From Myxococcota bacterium (GTDB lineage: Bacteria > Myxococcota_A > UBA9160 > SZUA-336), in assembly GCA_965247115.1 (NCBI GenBank), contig CBDFGR010000003.1, forward strand, positions 2,176,001 to 2,240,000: a DNA stretch of 64,000 nucleotides, written 5' to 3'. Made by a program: the position numbers and the translations under genes. The notes below the pieces were generated by a model. The model made no database searches. It saw only the letters and a program-made list of their open reading frames with translations, and was not told where the DNA came from. Below are positions 50,445-60,730 of the stretch, piece by piece; positions within the stretch are counted from its first letter, which is position 1, and each line of letters starts with the position of its first letter.

Positions 50445-50977
50445 GCGGGCTTTGCGCTCACCTCGAGACCAAGCTCCGTGGCGACCTCGTCGAGGGACTT
50501 CTGAAGCCGCGAGCCGTCGAGGGTCTCGGGAACCTCGGCGGCGACCGTCATGCCGTAGAGCGCGGCTCCCGACGGAGAGGGCAAGGTGGTGGAGCGGAGA
50601 TCGGCGATGTTCACCTTGAGATCGGCGAGCACGCGACAGATCCGCGCCACGATCCCGGCGCGGTCCTCACCCTGGGCCTGGATCTCGAAGAGCCGATAGC
50701 CAGGCGCGGGTACGGGGGGGCGGGGCTCGCCCTCCAGCGGCCGCAGCAGGATCGTGAGCCGATTCTCCCACTCGAGGCGCCTGGCGCCGGTCGCCAGCCG
50801 CTCGCCGAGGTCGTCGGAGGTTCCGGAGCAGAGCAGGATCGAGGCGAACTCGTTGCCCAGCAGGGCCATGCGCGAGTCCTCCAGGTTGGCCTCGCAGTCG
50901 AAGACCAGCTGAGCCAGATCCGCGACGACCCCTGGCCGATCCCGGCCCACGGCCGAGAGAATGAACCACTTTCGCAC
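50441..50977 (-). CDS. GcvR-like tandem ACT domain protein
   Basis: GRDRPGVV and GEDRAGIV motifs; GGAGG SD. Confidence 0.85.
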   Translation of the reverse strand: MRKWFILSAVGRDRPGVVADLAQLVFDCEANLEDSRMALLGNEFASILLCSGTSDDLGERLATGARRLEWENRLTILLRPLEGEPRPPVPAPGYRLFEIQAQGEDRAGIVARICRVLADLKVNIADLRSTTLPSPSGAALYGMTVAAEVPETLDGSRLQKSLDEVATELGLEVSAKPA

Positions 50978-51174
50978 TGTGCCTCCTCCGCCGAGCCTCA
51001 TTGTAAGGCACGCGGGAGCGCCCCATTGCGTCAGCGCGACCGCAAATTGGGGCCACCTTGCGCAGCCCCTTCCACGCCCCTGCGCACGCGTGGACCGTTC
51101 TGCCCCTCAGCGGATATCGCTTTTATTCACCACGACTTAGAGATCGCATGGAACCTGCGCGCGAGCCGCTTCCA

Positions 51175-51190
51175 TGGCACGTCAGTTGCT
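51175..51190 (+). promoter_or_regulatory. Sigma-54 (-24/-12) promoter
   Basis: TGGCACG-TCAG-TTGCT is an exact consensus match. Confidence 0.75.
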
Positions 51191-51200
51191 CAGAGCCAGG

Positions 51201-51297
51201 GGCGTAGCTGCTGAGTGGTGGTCGCTCGGCGGCATGGGAGTGCCCGGGTCGGATACCCCTCCCCTCGCATGTGCGAGGATCCGGCCCGGGCTTTCCT
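51201..51297 (+). ncRNA. Candidate sigma-54-dependent small RNA
   Basis: No plus-strand gene follows the promoter. 13-bp stem 51242-51254/51279-51291 with an inner hairpin and C-rich bulge, then TTTCCT. Confidence 0.5.
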
Positions 51298-51449
51298 GTC
51301 TCTAGGGCTCGGCTTTGGCCGTCCTGACCCCGAAGACCAAGCGGGCGAGCCGTGGGATTCATGACGCGAGCACACTTCGCTGGAAGGGCGGCGGCCGGTG
51401 GAAGAGCAAGAGCGCCAAAGCGCCTCGAGGCTCCGGCTGGACGGGCCCG

Positions 51450-52307
51450 CTAGCCTAGATGCTTGGCGAGAAACTCGGCCAGCGGATCGAACGAGGCGCG
51501 TGACGCCCGCACGGCGTCGTCGATGTAAAGGACCTCGATGTCGCCGCCCGCTTCCCGGTAGCGATGGGCGAAACGCTCGGGCTCCTTGACGCCGAGCTCG
51601 GACTCCGGATCGAGATAGTCGTGGACGGCGTCGGGCTGGCCCTGGATCCAGACCGCCGGTGGCGTCTCGACCGCCTCGCCCGACTCCAGCGCGACGACCG
51701 GATTGCCGTCGGTCATGTTCTCGTCGGTGACCCAGTAGAGGTCGTGGGACTCCGGGATGTCGCCGACCCATTCGGCCGGCGGTGACTTGGCCCGTTCCCT
51801 GAGCGCGTGGCGGTAGCGCGACAGCGGGTTGATCACCGGCCACAGCATGCCGACGCATTGGACGCGTGCGTCGACGTCGGGCTCGCTGGCCTCGAGAGCG
51901 ATGGAAGCGTACCGCGAATCCGCTGGCCGCATCGCCGCCAGCATGGCGAGGTGTCCGCCGCTCGACTGGCCGACCAGGGCGAACCGGTCCCGATCGAGCC
52001 CGAGATCGCCGGCATGTGCCTTGAGCCAGCGGACCGCGTAGTTGATGTCGATCAGCGAGGTCGGGTAGCCGTCGCCGGCATGGCGGAAGTCGAGCGCGGC
52101 AGCGGCGAAGCCTGCCTCGGCCAGCATCTCGCCGCGTGGATCGCATGCGGTGAGATCGTTCTTGCACCACGCGCCGCCGTGCAGATCGACGACCGTCGGA
52201 AGCGGACCCGCGCCGGTCGGCCGATGGAGCCGGAGCTTGAGTCCCGCATCGCCGTGACGCAGATATTCGATGTCCCCGGTCGTGAAGGTTTCGGTCTCGG
52301 TCAGCAT
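51450..52307 (-). CDS. Alpha/beta hydrolase (esterase)
   Basis: HGGAW and GQSSGG motifs. Confidence 0.85.
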   Translation of the reverse strand: MLTETETFTTGDIEYLRHGDAGLKLRLHRPTGAGPLPTVVDLHGGAWCKNDLTACDPRGEMLAEAGFAAAALDFRHAGDGYPTSLIDINYAVRWLKAHAGDLGLDRDRFALVGQSSGGHLAMLAAMRPADSRYASIALEASEPDVDARVQCVGMLWPVINPLSRYRHALRERAKSPPAEWVGDIPESHDLYWVTDENMTDGNPVVALESGEAVETPPAVWIQGQPDAVHDYLDPESELGVKEPERFAHRYREAGGDIEVLYIDDAVRASRASFDPLAEFLAKHLG

Positions 52308-52788
52308 TCGATCTTCCTCCCAGAAATCGCGCTCGCGCGGTACTGGAATACTATGAGGGCGGCGCGGGGCTGTCTATCGGCGGGCCGCGCCGGGTGACGC
52401 ACTTGTAAACTCCCTATCCCACGAGGTTCGGAAAGAGAACCGGCGCGCTCATCCCGCCGTGGGCGGTCGCCCAGGCCGAGCGGTGCGCACGTACTCGATC
52501 ATTGCGTCGCTCAGGCCTGCACCGCGTCGTGCGCTCGTGCTGAAGGCCCGGCCCTTCGCACGCGCGGCACCGAGCGGGAACGGGACCGACACCTCATACG
52601 CCTCGACGTCGCTCTCGTCGGGACGCTTCAGGCGCTCGAGCCAGTAGGCCGCAAGTTTCACGTGGACACGCTGCGAGACAAAACGGTGCGCGGACCGGCC
52701 ATCGGAGAGAAACTAACGCGCGACTTGACCCGCGCCCCTGCTCGTGTACAGGATACTGCGCAGCGACGGCTCCCAGAGAGGACTCCGC

Positions 52789-53340
52789 ATGTCGAGAGAG
52801 CTAGATAGCCTGGACAGACCGATCCCGCCGGCGTACATGGCGCATTTCGTCCTGCGCACCCGCGACCTCCAGAAGCTGAAGGCCTGGTACGAGAAGGTGC
52901 TCGGCGCGCGCGCCGTGTTCGAGAATCCGATCGCCGCGTTCATGACCTTCGACAGCGAGCACCACCGGCTCGCCATCATCCAGAACTCGGACTTCAAGCC
53001 TGCCGAGGAGCAGTCGGTCGGTGTCGACCACGTGGCCTATACGTTCTCCTCCCTGGACGACCTGCTCCACACGTACAAGCGGCTGTCGGCCGACTCCATC
53101 GTGCCGTACCGGTGCGTCAACCACGGCCCCACCACCTCCATTTACTACCGCGATCCCGACGGCAACGGGGTGGAGCTACAGGTCGACAACTCCGAGTCGA
53201 AAGAGGAGCTCCAGGCCTGGTTCCAGGGCTCGGTGTTCGAGAAGAACGGTTACGGTGTGACGTTCGACCCCGACAAGCTGCTCGGACGCTGGGAGAACGG
53301 CGACCCGATCGAGGAGCTCGTCCAGCAGGGCTCCGCCTAG
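52789..53340 (+). CDS. VOC family protein
   Basis: AHFVLRT, EHHRLA, DHVAY and YYRDPDGNGVELQ motifs. Confidence 0.85.
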   Translation: MSRELDSLDRPIPPAYMAHFVLRTRDLQKLKAWYEKVLGARAVFENPIAAFMTFDSEHHRLAIIQNSDFKPAEEQSVGVDHVAYTFSSLDDLLHTYKRLSADSIVPYRCVNHGPTTSIYYRDPDGNGVELQVDNSESKEELQAWFQGSVFEKNGYGVTFDPDKLLGRWENGDPIEELVQQGSA

Positions 53341-53487
53341 GGGGCGCGCCTGGGAACAGCCGCTCTCGTCGTCACCGATCATCGAGTGGCTGCGCCAGGC
53401 CTCGTCCTGGCCCGTACGCAGGCGTGCCTTTCCGGGTGCGGCTGAACCGCTCTCTGACTAGGATGCGGGCTACGAAAACCAGGGGAG

Positions 53488-55038
53488 ATGGAGATGCGGA
53501 TTGGCGTGGATGTCGGCGGCACCAATACCGACGCGGTGCTGATGGACGGCGGCACCGTCGTGGCGTCGGTCAAATCGCCAACGACCGCAGACGTCGGCTC
53601 GGGCGTCGTAGCGGCGATCAAGAACGTCCTCGCCGGCTCCGGCGTCTCGCCAGGTGCCATCATCGGAGTGATGATCGGCACGACCCAGTTCACCAACGCG
53701 ATCGTCGAGCGCCGCAGGCTGGTGCCGGTCGGGATCATCCGCCTCGCCCTGCCGGCCACCGAGAGCCTCAATCCGTTGATCGACTGGCCGAAGGATTTGG
53801 TCGAGGTGATCGGCCGCAACGTCTACATGGCAAAGGGCGGCTATGAGGTCGACGGGCGCGAGATCTCGCCGCTGGACGAGCAGGAGATAGCCGGAATCGC
53901 CCGCGACATCCGCGCTATGGGGCTCCGCTCGATCGCGATCTCCTCAGTGTTCGCGCCGCTCAATAACGCGCAGGAGGAGCGCGCGAGCGAAATCATCCGC
54001 GCGGAATACCCCGACGTGCAGGTCACGCTCTCCAACGAGATCGGCCGGGTCGGGCTCATCGAGCGCGAGAACGCGGCGGTCATGAACGCCGCGCTGGTCG
54101 AGCTTTCCATCAAGGTCGTCGGCTCGTTCCGGGAGGCGTTAAAAGAGCTCTCGATCGAGGCGCCCCTCTTCATCAGCCAGAATGACGGCACGTTGATGAG
54201 CGCCGACTACGTCGAGCGTTATCCGGTGCTCACCTTCGCCTCGGGCCCGACGAACAGCATGCGTGGTGCGGCCTTCCTTTCGGATCACGAGGATGCGGTG
54301 GTGGTCGACATCGGCGGGACGACGACCGATGTCGGCGTGCTGGCCCGCGGCTTCCCTCGTGAATCAGCGGTCGCCGTCGATGTCGGTGGCGTGCGGACCA
54401 ACTTCCGCATGCCCGACGTCCTTGCCATCGGGCTCGGTGGTGGCAGCCTCGTGCGCGGCGAAGACCCGGTGACGGTGGGGCCGGAGTCGGTCGGCTTCGA
54501 GCTGACCAGCAAGGCGCTGGTCTTCGGCGGCGACACGCTGACCACCACCGACATTGCCGTGGCCGGCGGCCTCGCCGAGATCGGCGACGGTTCGGCTGTC
54601 AAGGTGCTCGGCGGCGCCAAGGTGACGCGCGCGCTCGACCGCATCCACGCGATGGTGGAGGACGCGATCGACCGGATGAAGACCAGCGCCGCGCCGGTGC
54701 CGGCGATCCTGGTCGGCGGCGGGGCAATCCTCGTCACCCGAGATCTCGCCGGCGTCTCCGCGCTCAACGTGCCGGAGCACTCCGCGGTCGCCAATGCAAT
54801 CGGGGCCGCGATCGCCCAGGTCGGCGGCGAGGTCGATCGGGTCTTCTCCTATGAAAGCGAGGGCCGCAATAGCGCGATCGATCAGGCTAACAAGGAAGCG
54901 ATCGCCAAGGCGATCGACGCGGGCGCCGAGGCCGAGAGCGTCGACATCATCGAGGTCGAGGAAATTCCCCTCGCCTATCTGCCGGGCGCCGCGTGCCGCG
55001 TCCGGGTCAAGGCGGTCGGTGATCTCGCGGGCGGCTAG
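53488..55038 (+). CDS. Hydantoinase/oxoprolinase family protein
   Basis: DVGGTNTD, SGPTNS, DIGGTTTD and ANAIGAA motifs. Confidence 0.9.
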   Translation: MEMRIGVDVGGTNTDAVLMDGGTVVASVKSPTTADVGSGVVAAIKNVLAGSGVSPGAIIGVMIGTTQFTNAIVERRRLVPVGIIRLALPATESLNPLIDWPKDLVEVIGRNVYMAKGGYEVDGREISPLDEQEIAGIARDIRAMGLRSIAISSVFAPLNNAQEERASEIIRAEYPDVQVTLSNEIGRVGLIERENAAVMNAALVELSIKVVGSFREALKELSIEAPLFISQNDGTLMSADYVERYPVLTFASGPTNSMRGAAFLSDHEDAVVVDIGGTTTDVGVLARGFPRESAVAVDVGGVRTNFRMPDVLAIGLGGGSLVRGEDPVTVGPESVGFELTSKALVFGGDTLTTTDIAVAGGLAEIGDGSAVKVLGGAKVTRALDRIHAMVEDAIDRMKTSAAPVPAILVGGGAILVTRDLAGVSALNVPEHSAVANAIGAAIAQVGGEVDRVFSYESEGRNSAIDQANKEAIAKAIDAGAEAESVDIIEVEEIPLAYLPGAACRVRVKAVGDLAGG

Positions 55039-55052
55039 GAAAGGAACGCACA

Positions 55053-56144
55053 ATGAAGATGCATCTCGACCTGCTGCCCGATTTTCTGCGCGGCACCGCG
55101 TTTCTCGGCACCGGCGGTGGCGGCGATCCCTATGTCGGCGGGCTGATCCTGCGCCAGAAGCTCGAGGAAGGCGCGGACATCACGATCATGGACCCGATGG
55201 ACCTCGACGATGACGCGTTCGTCGTCTCCGTCGCGACTATGGGCGCACCGACCGTGATGGTGGAGAAGATCCCGAGCGCGCGATCCATGGTGAACTGTCT
55301 CCGTTCGATGGAGCGCGAGAAGGGCCGTACGGCGGATGCGCTGATTGCCGCCGAGGCCGGCGGCATCAACGGCACGCTGCCGATGGTGATCGGTGCCCTG
55401 ACCGAGCTACCGGTGGTCGATGGCGACGGCATGGGCCGCGCCTTTCCCGAGCTACAGATGTGCACCTTCGGGGTCTATGGTGTGCCGGCTTCGCCGATCG
55501 TCCTGCGCGACGAGCACGACAATGAGGTCATCGTGCGCGCCCGCAGCAACCTCGAATCCGAATGGTTTGCTCGCGTGGTGTGCACGCGGATGGGCACCAA
55601 GTCAGAGATCGCTCTCTATGCCATGTCGGGCAAGGAGGCGAAGGGGACCGCGGTTCTTTATACGACGACGCTCGCGATGGAGATCGGGCGCTCGATCCGC
55701 GAGGCGCGCGAGACCCAAAGCGACCCCTTCGAGGGGCTCGCACGCTACTTCCAAACCTCGAAGGACAGGCGCTTCTGCAAGGTCTTGTTCGAGGGCAAGG
55801 TGGTCGATCTCCTGCGCGAGACGACGCGCGGTTGGGCCATCGGGCGGGTGATCTTCGAGGGCATCGGCGCCAGCAAGGGCCAGCTCGAGGTACGCTTCCA
55901 GAACGAGTTCCTGGTGGCACAGCAGGGCGATCGGATGCTCGCCATGGTGCCCGACCTGGTCTGTATCCTCGATCAAGAGAATGCGGAGCCGATCACGACC
56001 GAGGGCCTCAAATATGGCCAGCGTGTGCGTGTGGTCGGCGTCAGCGTGCCGCCGGTGATGAGGACCCCCGAGGCGATCGAGGTTTTCGGCCCGAAATATT
56101 TCGGCATTTCGGACGTCTACACACCGATCGAGGAACTCGTGTGA
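55053..56144 (+). CDS. DUF917 family protein
   Basis: LGTGGGG, EAGGIN and DGDGMGRAFPELQM motifs; usual partner of the hydantoinase-like gene. Confidence 0.85.
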   Translation: MKMHLDLLPDFLRGTAFLGTGGGGDPYVGGLILRQKLEEGADITIMDPMDLDDDAFVVSVATMGAPTVMVEKIPSARSMVNCLRSMEREKGRTADALIAAEAGGINGTLPMVIGALTELPVVDGDGMGRAFPELQMCTFGVYGVPASPIVLRDEHDNEVIVRARSNLESEWFARVVCTRMGTKSEIALYAMSGKEAKGTAVLYTTTLAMEIGRSIREARETQSDPFEGLARYFQTSKDRRFCKVLFEGKVVDLLRETTRGWAIGRVIFEGIGASKGQLEVRFQNEFLVAQQGDRMLAMVPDLVCILDQENAEPITTEGLKYGQRVRVVGVSVPPVMRTPEAIEVFGPKYFGISDVYTPIEELV

Positions 56145-56275
56145 GCGAGGCGCCGGCGCCCTGGCGAGTTTCACCGGAGGCTGCAGGGCTCCACGCCGAC
56201 GCGTTGGTCAAAGCAGTGCCCCTCGAACGTCGTCTCGCTGCCATCCTCTTCACCGACATCGTCGCGTACACGGCC
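56141..56275 (+). pseudogene. Fused N-terminal remnants (possible dipeptidase start plus class III nucleotide cyclase start)
   Basis: VSEAPAPWRVSPEAAGLHADALV followed by VPLERRLAAILFTDIVAYT; the resemblance then stops. Confidence 0.55.
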
Positions 56276-56399
56276 CCGAACGGTCGTCCAGCCAGGAGAC
56301 TTCAGAGCTTTTTATCCCCAGCGCGGTTCAACTCTCGTTCTTTCGGGGAGACTGGGATTTGCGCTCAGCAACAGGGTGGTGCAAGGGGACTCGGGTTGG

Positions 56400-56552
56400 C
56401 TGCCCTTCGTGCACGAGGTCCGCGCCCAGCTCGCCAGCGTCTGCGGCGACGAAGCGACCTACGAGCGCGAGCGCGCCGAGGCCGAGCGCCTCTGGACCGA
56501 GATGGGCGCGACCGGGCACGCGGAGCGAGTGGGGAGGGAGCTGGGGCTGTAG
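56400..56552 (+). pseudogene. C-terminal remnant of a cyclase/ATPase-TPR-type protein
   Basis: LPFVHEVRAQLA...EAERLWTEMGATGHAERVGRELGL*. Confidence 0.55.
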
Positions 56553-56734
56553 CGCCTGAAGTCGGTGCCTCTCGACTGCGAGGGGGTCGGCGGGCACGCT
56601 CAAATCTCGCTTCGGCTCTCATATCCTCACGTCGCACCCTCTTCGCACACTTGGTGTTGCATCTAGTTGAGCCCGCTCCTGTTTCTGCAATCGCGGCAGC
56701 GTCGCACACGGTCGAACGACCACGGAGGGAGGGG

Positions 56735-57346
56735 CTAGCTGGCTTCGGAAATGGCCTCTTCCAGGCGCTGGGGGCTGAAGCCCTTCAAGATGGTGCCCTC
56801 GACGTCGATCACGGGGATCGAGCGCCCCCCGGAGACCTTGACGAGTTCCTCCTTGTACCGGGGCTCGTCGACGTTGCGCTCCTCGTACTGGTAGCCGTTC
56901 GACTCCAGGTAGCGCTTGGCCTTAACGCATGCGGGGCACCAGTCGGCGGAATAAATGACGATCTCGGGTCCGCGCTTGCGCTCGGCGACGCGCGCGGCGA
57001 GCCGCGTGGCCCTGGCCTCGATCGCGCGCTTCATGTCCTGCGGCGACATCGGCGGAGGTAGGGACATCTCGACGTGCCCGACGCGGTCACGCCACGCCTC
57101 CGGCACAAGCTCCAGGCTCGTCACGAAGCGCACGCGCCGTTGATCGTCGACGAACTGGTAGTACACCTGCGTGACGGTTCCCTCGTCGAGGGACTCGATG
57201 TCACTTCCCGCAGGCCTCTCCGCGGCGGGGGCGGCCGCGGCGATTTCGCTCGTCGACTCGGTCAGGATCTGAACGACGTCACAACCCCACAGCGCGACGG
57301 CGAGCGACAACCAAAGACACCGGGGCCAACGGAGTAGTACGCGCAT
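56735..57346 (-). CDS. Lipoprotein with C-terminal glutaredoxin (NrdH-like) domain
   Basis: Lipobox-like LWGC; WCPAC, IPVI and GF motifs. Confidence 0.78.
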   Translation of the reverse strand: MRVLLRWPRCLWLSLAVALWGCDVVQILTESTSEIAAAAPAAERPAGSDIESLDEGTVTQVYYQFVDDQRRVRFVTSLELVPEAWRDRVGHVEMSLPPPMSPQDMKRAIEARATRLAARVAERKRGPEIVIYSADWCPACVKAKRYLESNGYQYEERNVDEPRYKEELVKVSGGRSIPVIDVEGTILKGFSPQRLEEAISEAS

Positions 57347-57535
57347 CTCCCCGGCTTTTCGGCTGAGAAACGCGGCTTCGTGAGGTAGAGGCAAATCTCG
57401 GAGGCGCAGCGGAGGCGAGCCTGCGAGCTGGCTCGGACGCCGTCACGATCGCACAATGTCAGGGGGCGAGGCCCCATGAGTGCCAGGCACAGATCACACT
57501 GGCGCGGGCGTTTTTTTGGGAGCGAGAATACTGAC

Positions 57536-57727
57536 AGCCCTGCGCTGGACCGCGCACGAGAGTTAGCAGAAGATATGGGTGCCAGGCCCTTCGAGGCTCA
57601 GATTCACGAGGTGTCCGCTGAACTCGCCGCGCTCCTGGCCGATGATGCGGGCCGAGATCGCGAACTCCGCGAAGCCCACCACCTCTACACCGAGATGGGC
57701 ACGCGGAGCGGGTGGGGAGGGAGCTGA
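57536..57727 (+). pseudogene. Second C-terminal remnant paralogous to 56400-56552
   Basis: QIHEVSAELA...ELREAHHLYTEMG, followed by a 10-bp deletion between GGGC direct repeats. Confidence 0.55.
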
Positions 57728-57804
57728 AGAAGGCTAGCGCGTAGCTTCATAGACTACGCCGAAGTCATCTTCCAACGCGTGGGTGTGAACGTGCGTTCGC
57801 CTGG

Positions 57805-58625
57805 CTACGAGCTCGGAGCCCTCCTGCACCTGCGAATTAGCCTGCGCTCCACCTGGCTCGGGTCCTCGATGGTCTCGTAGAACTCGTCGAGGTAGTCCAC
57901 CATCTGGTTCGCGCGCCGGGAGTGGAGGCGCTCCTCGGCGCGGTAGAGCGCGTAGATGTCCTGCTTGCGCGCCCGAAAGGCCTGTAGCGTGCTCTCGAGC
58001 TGCGCCTTGGGTCCGCAGAACCCCCGGTACAAGCGCTGCCGCACGCTGAGGAGGTGCAGATTCGGGTCAGGAGTCGCGTACGGCGCGTCGACGGCTCCCG
58101 CCAGGTCGAAGTCGAAGGGAACCGAAACAACAGCGCCGTTGTCCCCACGCATCGGGGTGGTATTGTGGCAGCAGTCGTCGTCCATCCCGCGAATCGCGGA
58201 CCAGTCGGTGTTGCCCACCATGTACTGGAAGACCTCTAGGCGGTTCAGGTCGGCTTTGACCAGGTCGTCGAAGTCCACCTCGGGCTCTTCGATGGCGACG
58301 AAGCCGTTGCGCTCCGCCATGGTCTGCTTGTCTTCGATGAAGAACGCGTAGCGGGTGATGGGATCTCGCTTCTGCGCGGAGTCGACGTACGTGATCTCGA
58401 CCAGCCGCACGCGGTAGCTGCGATCGGTCAGCAGGTTGTACGCGCGGTACAGCAGATGCTCTCGCAGCACCAGCTGCTCGTATGATTTCCGGCAGTGAGT
58501 CACGAGCTTGAGCTTGTCCTGCTTCGCAAATACGGTTCCCTTGGCCTGCTTGGTCACGAAGTTGAGGCGCAGCGGCGGGAAGCTGCAGGTGCCGCGCTCG
58601 CGTCGGTTTGCCCGATGAGACGCGC
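57805..58625 (-). pseudogene. Probably 5'-truncated CotH-kinase-like hypothetical protein
   Basis: CSFPPLRLNF, KLKLVTHC, GNTDWS, HN and PFDFD motifs; no credible start or signal peptide upstream of ~58625. Confidence 0.5.
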
Positions 58626-58874
58626 GGGAGCAGTCAGATATTACTCGGGGCGAGGGGGCCAAGCCCGGGATCCGGAGAACGAAGTGCGAATGACGCTCGC
58701 CTGGCTGTCCCCCGCCGCGAAAGTGGCTGGGATGGAGTAAGAATTGGCGCCCCGGCCGCGTCTCACCGGCATGGATGACGCGGTGCGTTTTCCGGCTTGG
58801 GCAGCGCAAGAAGTTGAGACTGGCTCGGCTGTGGCCCCGCTTCCCCCGACCCGAAGGCGTACTCTGGTTGCGGC

Positions 58875-59486
58875 ATGAGGGCGCGCACCAACGACCAATG
58901 GCTGCGGGATCTACGGGCTGAGGGGCCCCAGCAGGCAAGAGCGTTGGAGGACCTGCGCACCTACCTGCTCCGAGCTCTGCCAGCGTGTTTGAAACGCCAC
59001 GGCGCGGTGCCTGAGGATCTGGTGGAGGATGTCGTGCAGGAATCGCTGATCCTTACCCTCGACCGTATCGACAGCTTCGAGGGACGCAGCCAATTCACAA
59101 CATGGATGACCACGATCGCGGTCCGGGCGGCGCTGACCGAGCTCCGGCGGCGACACTGGAAGGATCTGTCCCTCGAGGAGCTCACCGCCGGTGGAGAGCT
59201 GGCGCCTCGAGAGTATGTGGACAGCGCCGCGGACCCAGAGACCGAAACCGCGCAGCTGGGCATCGTCCACGCCTTGCAAGAGATCCTCGAGACCGAACTG
59301 ACCGAGCGGCAGCGGACAGCTGTCGTCGCGAAGCTGCGCGGTATGCCGCAGGAGGAGGTCGGCCGGCGCCTCGGGATCAACCGGAACGCGGTGTACAAGC
59401 TCACGCACGACGCGAGGAAGAAACTGAAGCAAGGACTCGAGGCCGCGGGGTTCGGCGCTGCCGAGATCCGCGCGGCGTTCTCGTAG
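58875..59486 (+). CDS. ECF sigma-70 factor
   Basis: EDVVQE, FEGRSQFTTW and YKLTHDARKKLK motifs. Confidence 0.9.
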   Translation: MRARTNDQWLRDLRAEGPQQARALEDLRTYLLRALPACLKRHGAVPEDLVEDVVQESLILTLDRIDSFEGRSQFTTWMTTIAVRAALTELRRRHWKDLSLEELTAGGELAPREYVDSAADPETETAQLGIVHALQEILETELTERQRTAVVAKLRGMPQEEVGRRLGINRNAVYKLTHDARKKLKQGLEAAGFGAAEIRAAFS

Positions 59487-59496
59487 GAGCAGCGGC

Positions 59497-59745
59497 ATGT
59501 CCCTCGAAAAGCAACAGGTAGCGGCTCTTCTCTCCTCTGTGGCGGACACGCGCGAGGACGAGATCGGGTGTGACGAGTGTCTCGCAGGAATGGCGGAATT
59601 CGTAGAGAGAGAACTCGTTGGTGCCGAGATCCCCACCGCTCTCCGACGCATTCAGGCACACATTGCGTTCTGCCCCGAGTGCGCAGAGGAGTATGAACTC
59701 CTCCTCGACATGGTGGGCGCCACTTCTCCTGGCTCCTCCGACTAG
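59497..59745 (+). CDS. Soluble zinc-binding (zf-HC2/ZAS) anti-sigma factor
   Basis: CDEC...HIAFCPEC. Confidence 0.8.
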   Translation: MSLEKQQVAALLSSVADTREDEIGCDECLAGMAEFVERELVGAEIPTALRRIQAHIAFCPECAEEYELLLDMVGATSPGSSD

Positions 59746-59926
59746 CTCCCAGCGCACTTTTTGGCGCCCCGCGCCACCGCCCGACTCCCTGTTACGGGAG
59801 CGGCTCTCTCCAGGCACCTCCCAATCAGGCCCCTCGTCTCCTTGGTCAGTAAGGTGCCGCGGGTTCAGCGCGTCTCATGGCAACCCCAATACGGCGCAGA
59901 GCGCCGAGTTCACAAGGAGAGACACG

Positions 59927-60730
59927 ATGAGCACCTATCTGACTCTGATGCGAAGTCCCCTACGGACTCTCGTCATGGTGGCCGCAATGGCTACAGCGGC
60001 CTCGTTCGCGCTTCCTCAGGAGGTCCAGGCGCAGCACTTCGGACACGGCTTCGGGCACAGATCGAGCTTCGGGCATAGCTTCCACGGTTCGAGCTTCGGG
60101 CATGGCTTCGGTGGTTCCGCGTTCTATGGTCCTGCCTACCGGCCCAACCGCGGATCCGTTCGGATCTCGAACGAATTCCGGGCTGATGCCCAGGTCTACG
60201 TGGACGGCGCGCACGTCGGTGTCGTTGACGACTTCGATGGGATCTTCCAGAGCCTGCGGCTGTATCCGGGAACGTACGAGCTCGAGATCGAGCTCGACGG
60301 CGATCGGAGCTTCCGGCAGCAGGTCTTCGTCAGCCGTGGTCGAACGTACAAGCTTCGCTACGGGGTCGACGCCAACGACGCGGTCGGACTGGCCTCGGCA
60401 ACGGAAGACTCCCCTCGAGCAAGGCGGACTGCCTATGTGCGGGACCGCTTCGCCTCTGGAGGCATCCGGATCCAGGTGAAGCCGGCGAAGGACGAAGCTC
60501 AGGTCTATGTAGACGGCGCGCGTGCCGGCGTGGTCGGCGACTTCGACGGCGTCTTTCAGAGGCTCAATCTGCCGACGGGAAGACACGACGTGGAGATCAG
60601 ACTTGCTGGACATCGAACCTTCCAGAAGATGGTGTTTGTCAGCCCCGGTCGGACCTACACGCTCCGCCACCAGCTCGAGCCCGATTCTGGGCAGATGGCG
60701 GCCAAGGAGTCTCAGTCCCACGAGTCTTGA
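59927..60730 (+). CDS. Secreted double PEGA-domain protein
   Basis: AAGGAG SD, signal peptide, G/H/F/S-rich tract, two AQVYVDG...DFDG.FQ.L.L..G repeats. Confidence 0.8.
   Translation: MSTYLTLMRSPLRTLVMVAAMATAASFALPQEVQAQHFGHGFGHRSSFGHSFHGSSFGHGFGGSAFYGPAYRPNRGSVRISNEFRADAQVYVDGAHVGVVDDFDGIFQSLRLYPGTYELEIELDGDRSFRQQVFVSRGRTYKLRYGVDANDAVGLASATEDSPRARRTAYVRDRFASGGIRIQVKPAKDEAQVYVDGARAGVVGDFDGVFQRLNLPTGRHDVEIRLAGHRTFQKMVFVSPGRTYTLRHQLEPDSGQMAAKESQSHES

Noticed and set aside
52449..52661. 70-aa minus-strand ORF
   Set aside because: No recognisable motif or SD; it may be a fragment but cannot be supported.
56400..57727. Diversity-generating retroelement TR/VR pair
   Set aside because: Differences are not adenine-specific and no reverse transcriptase is in the window.
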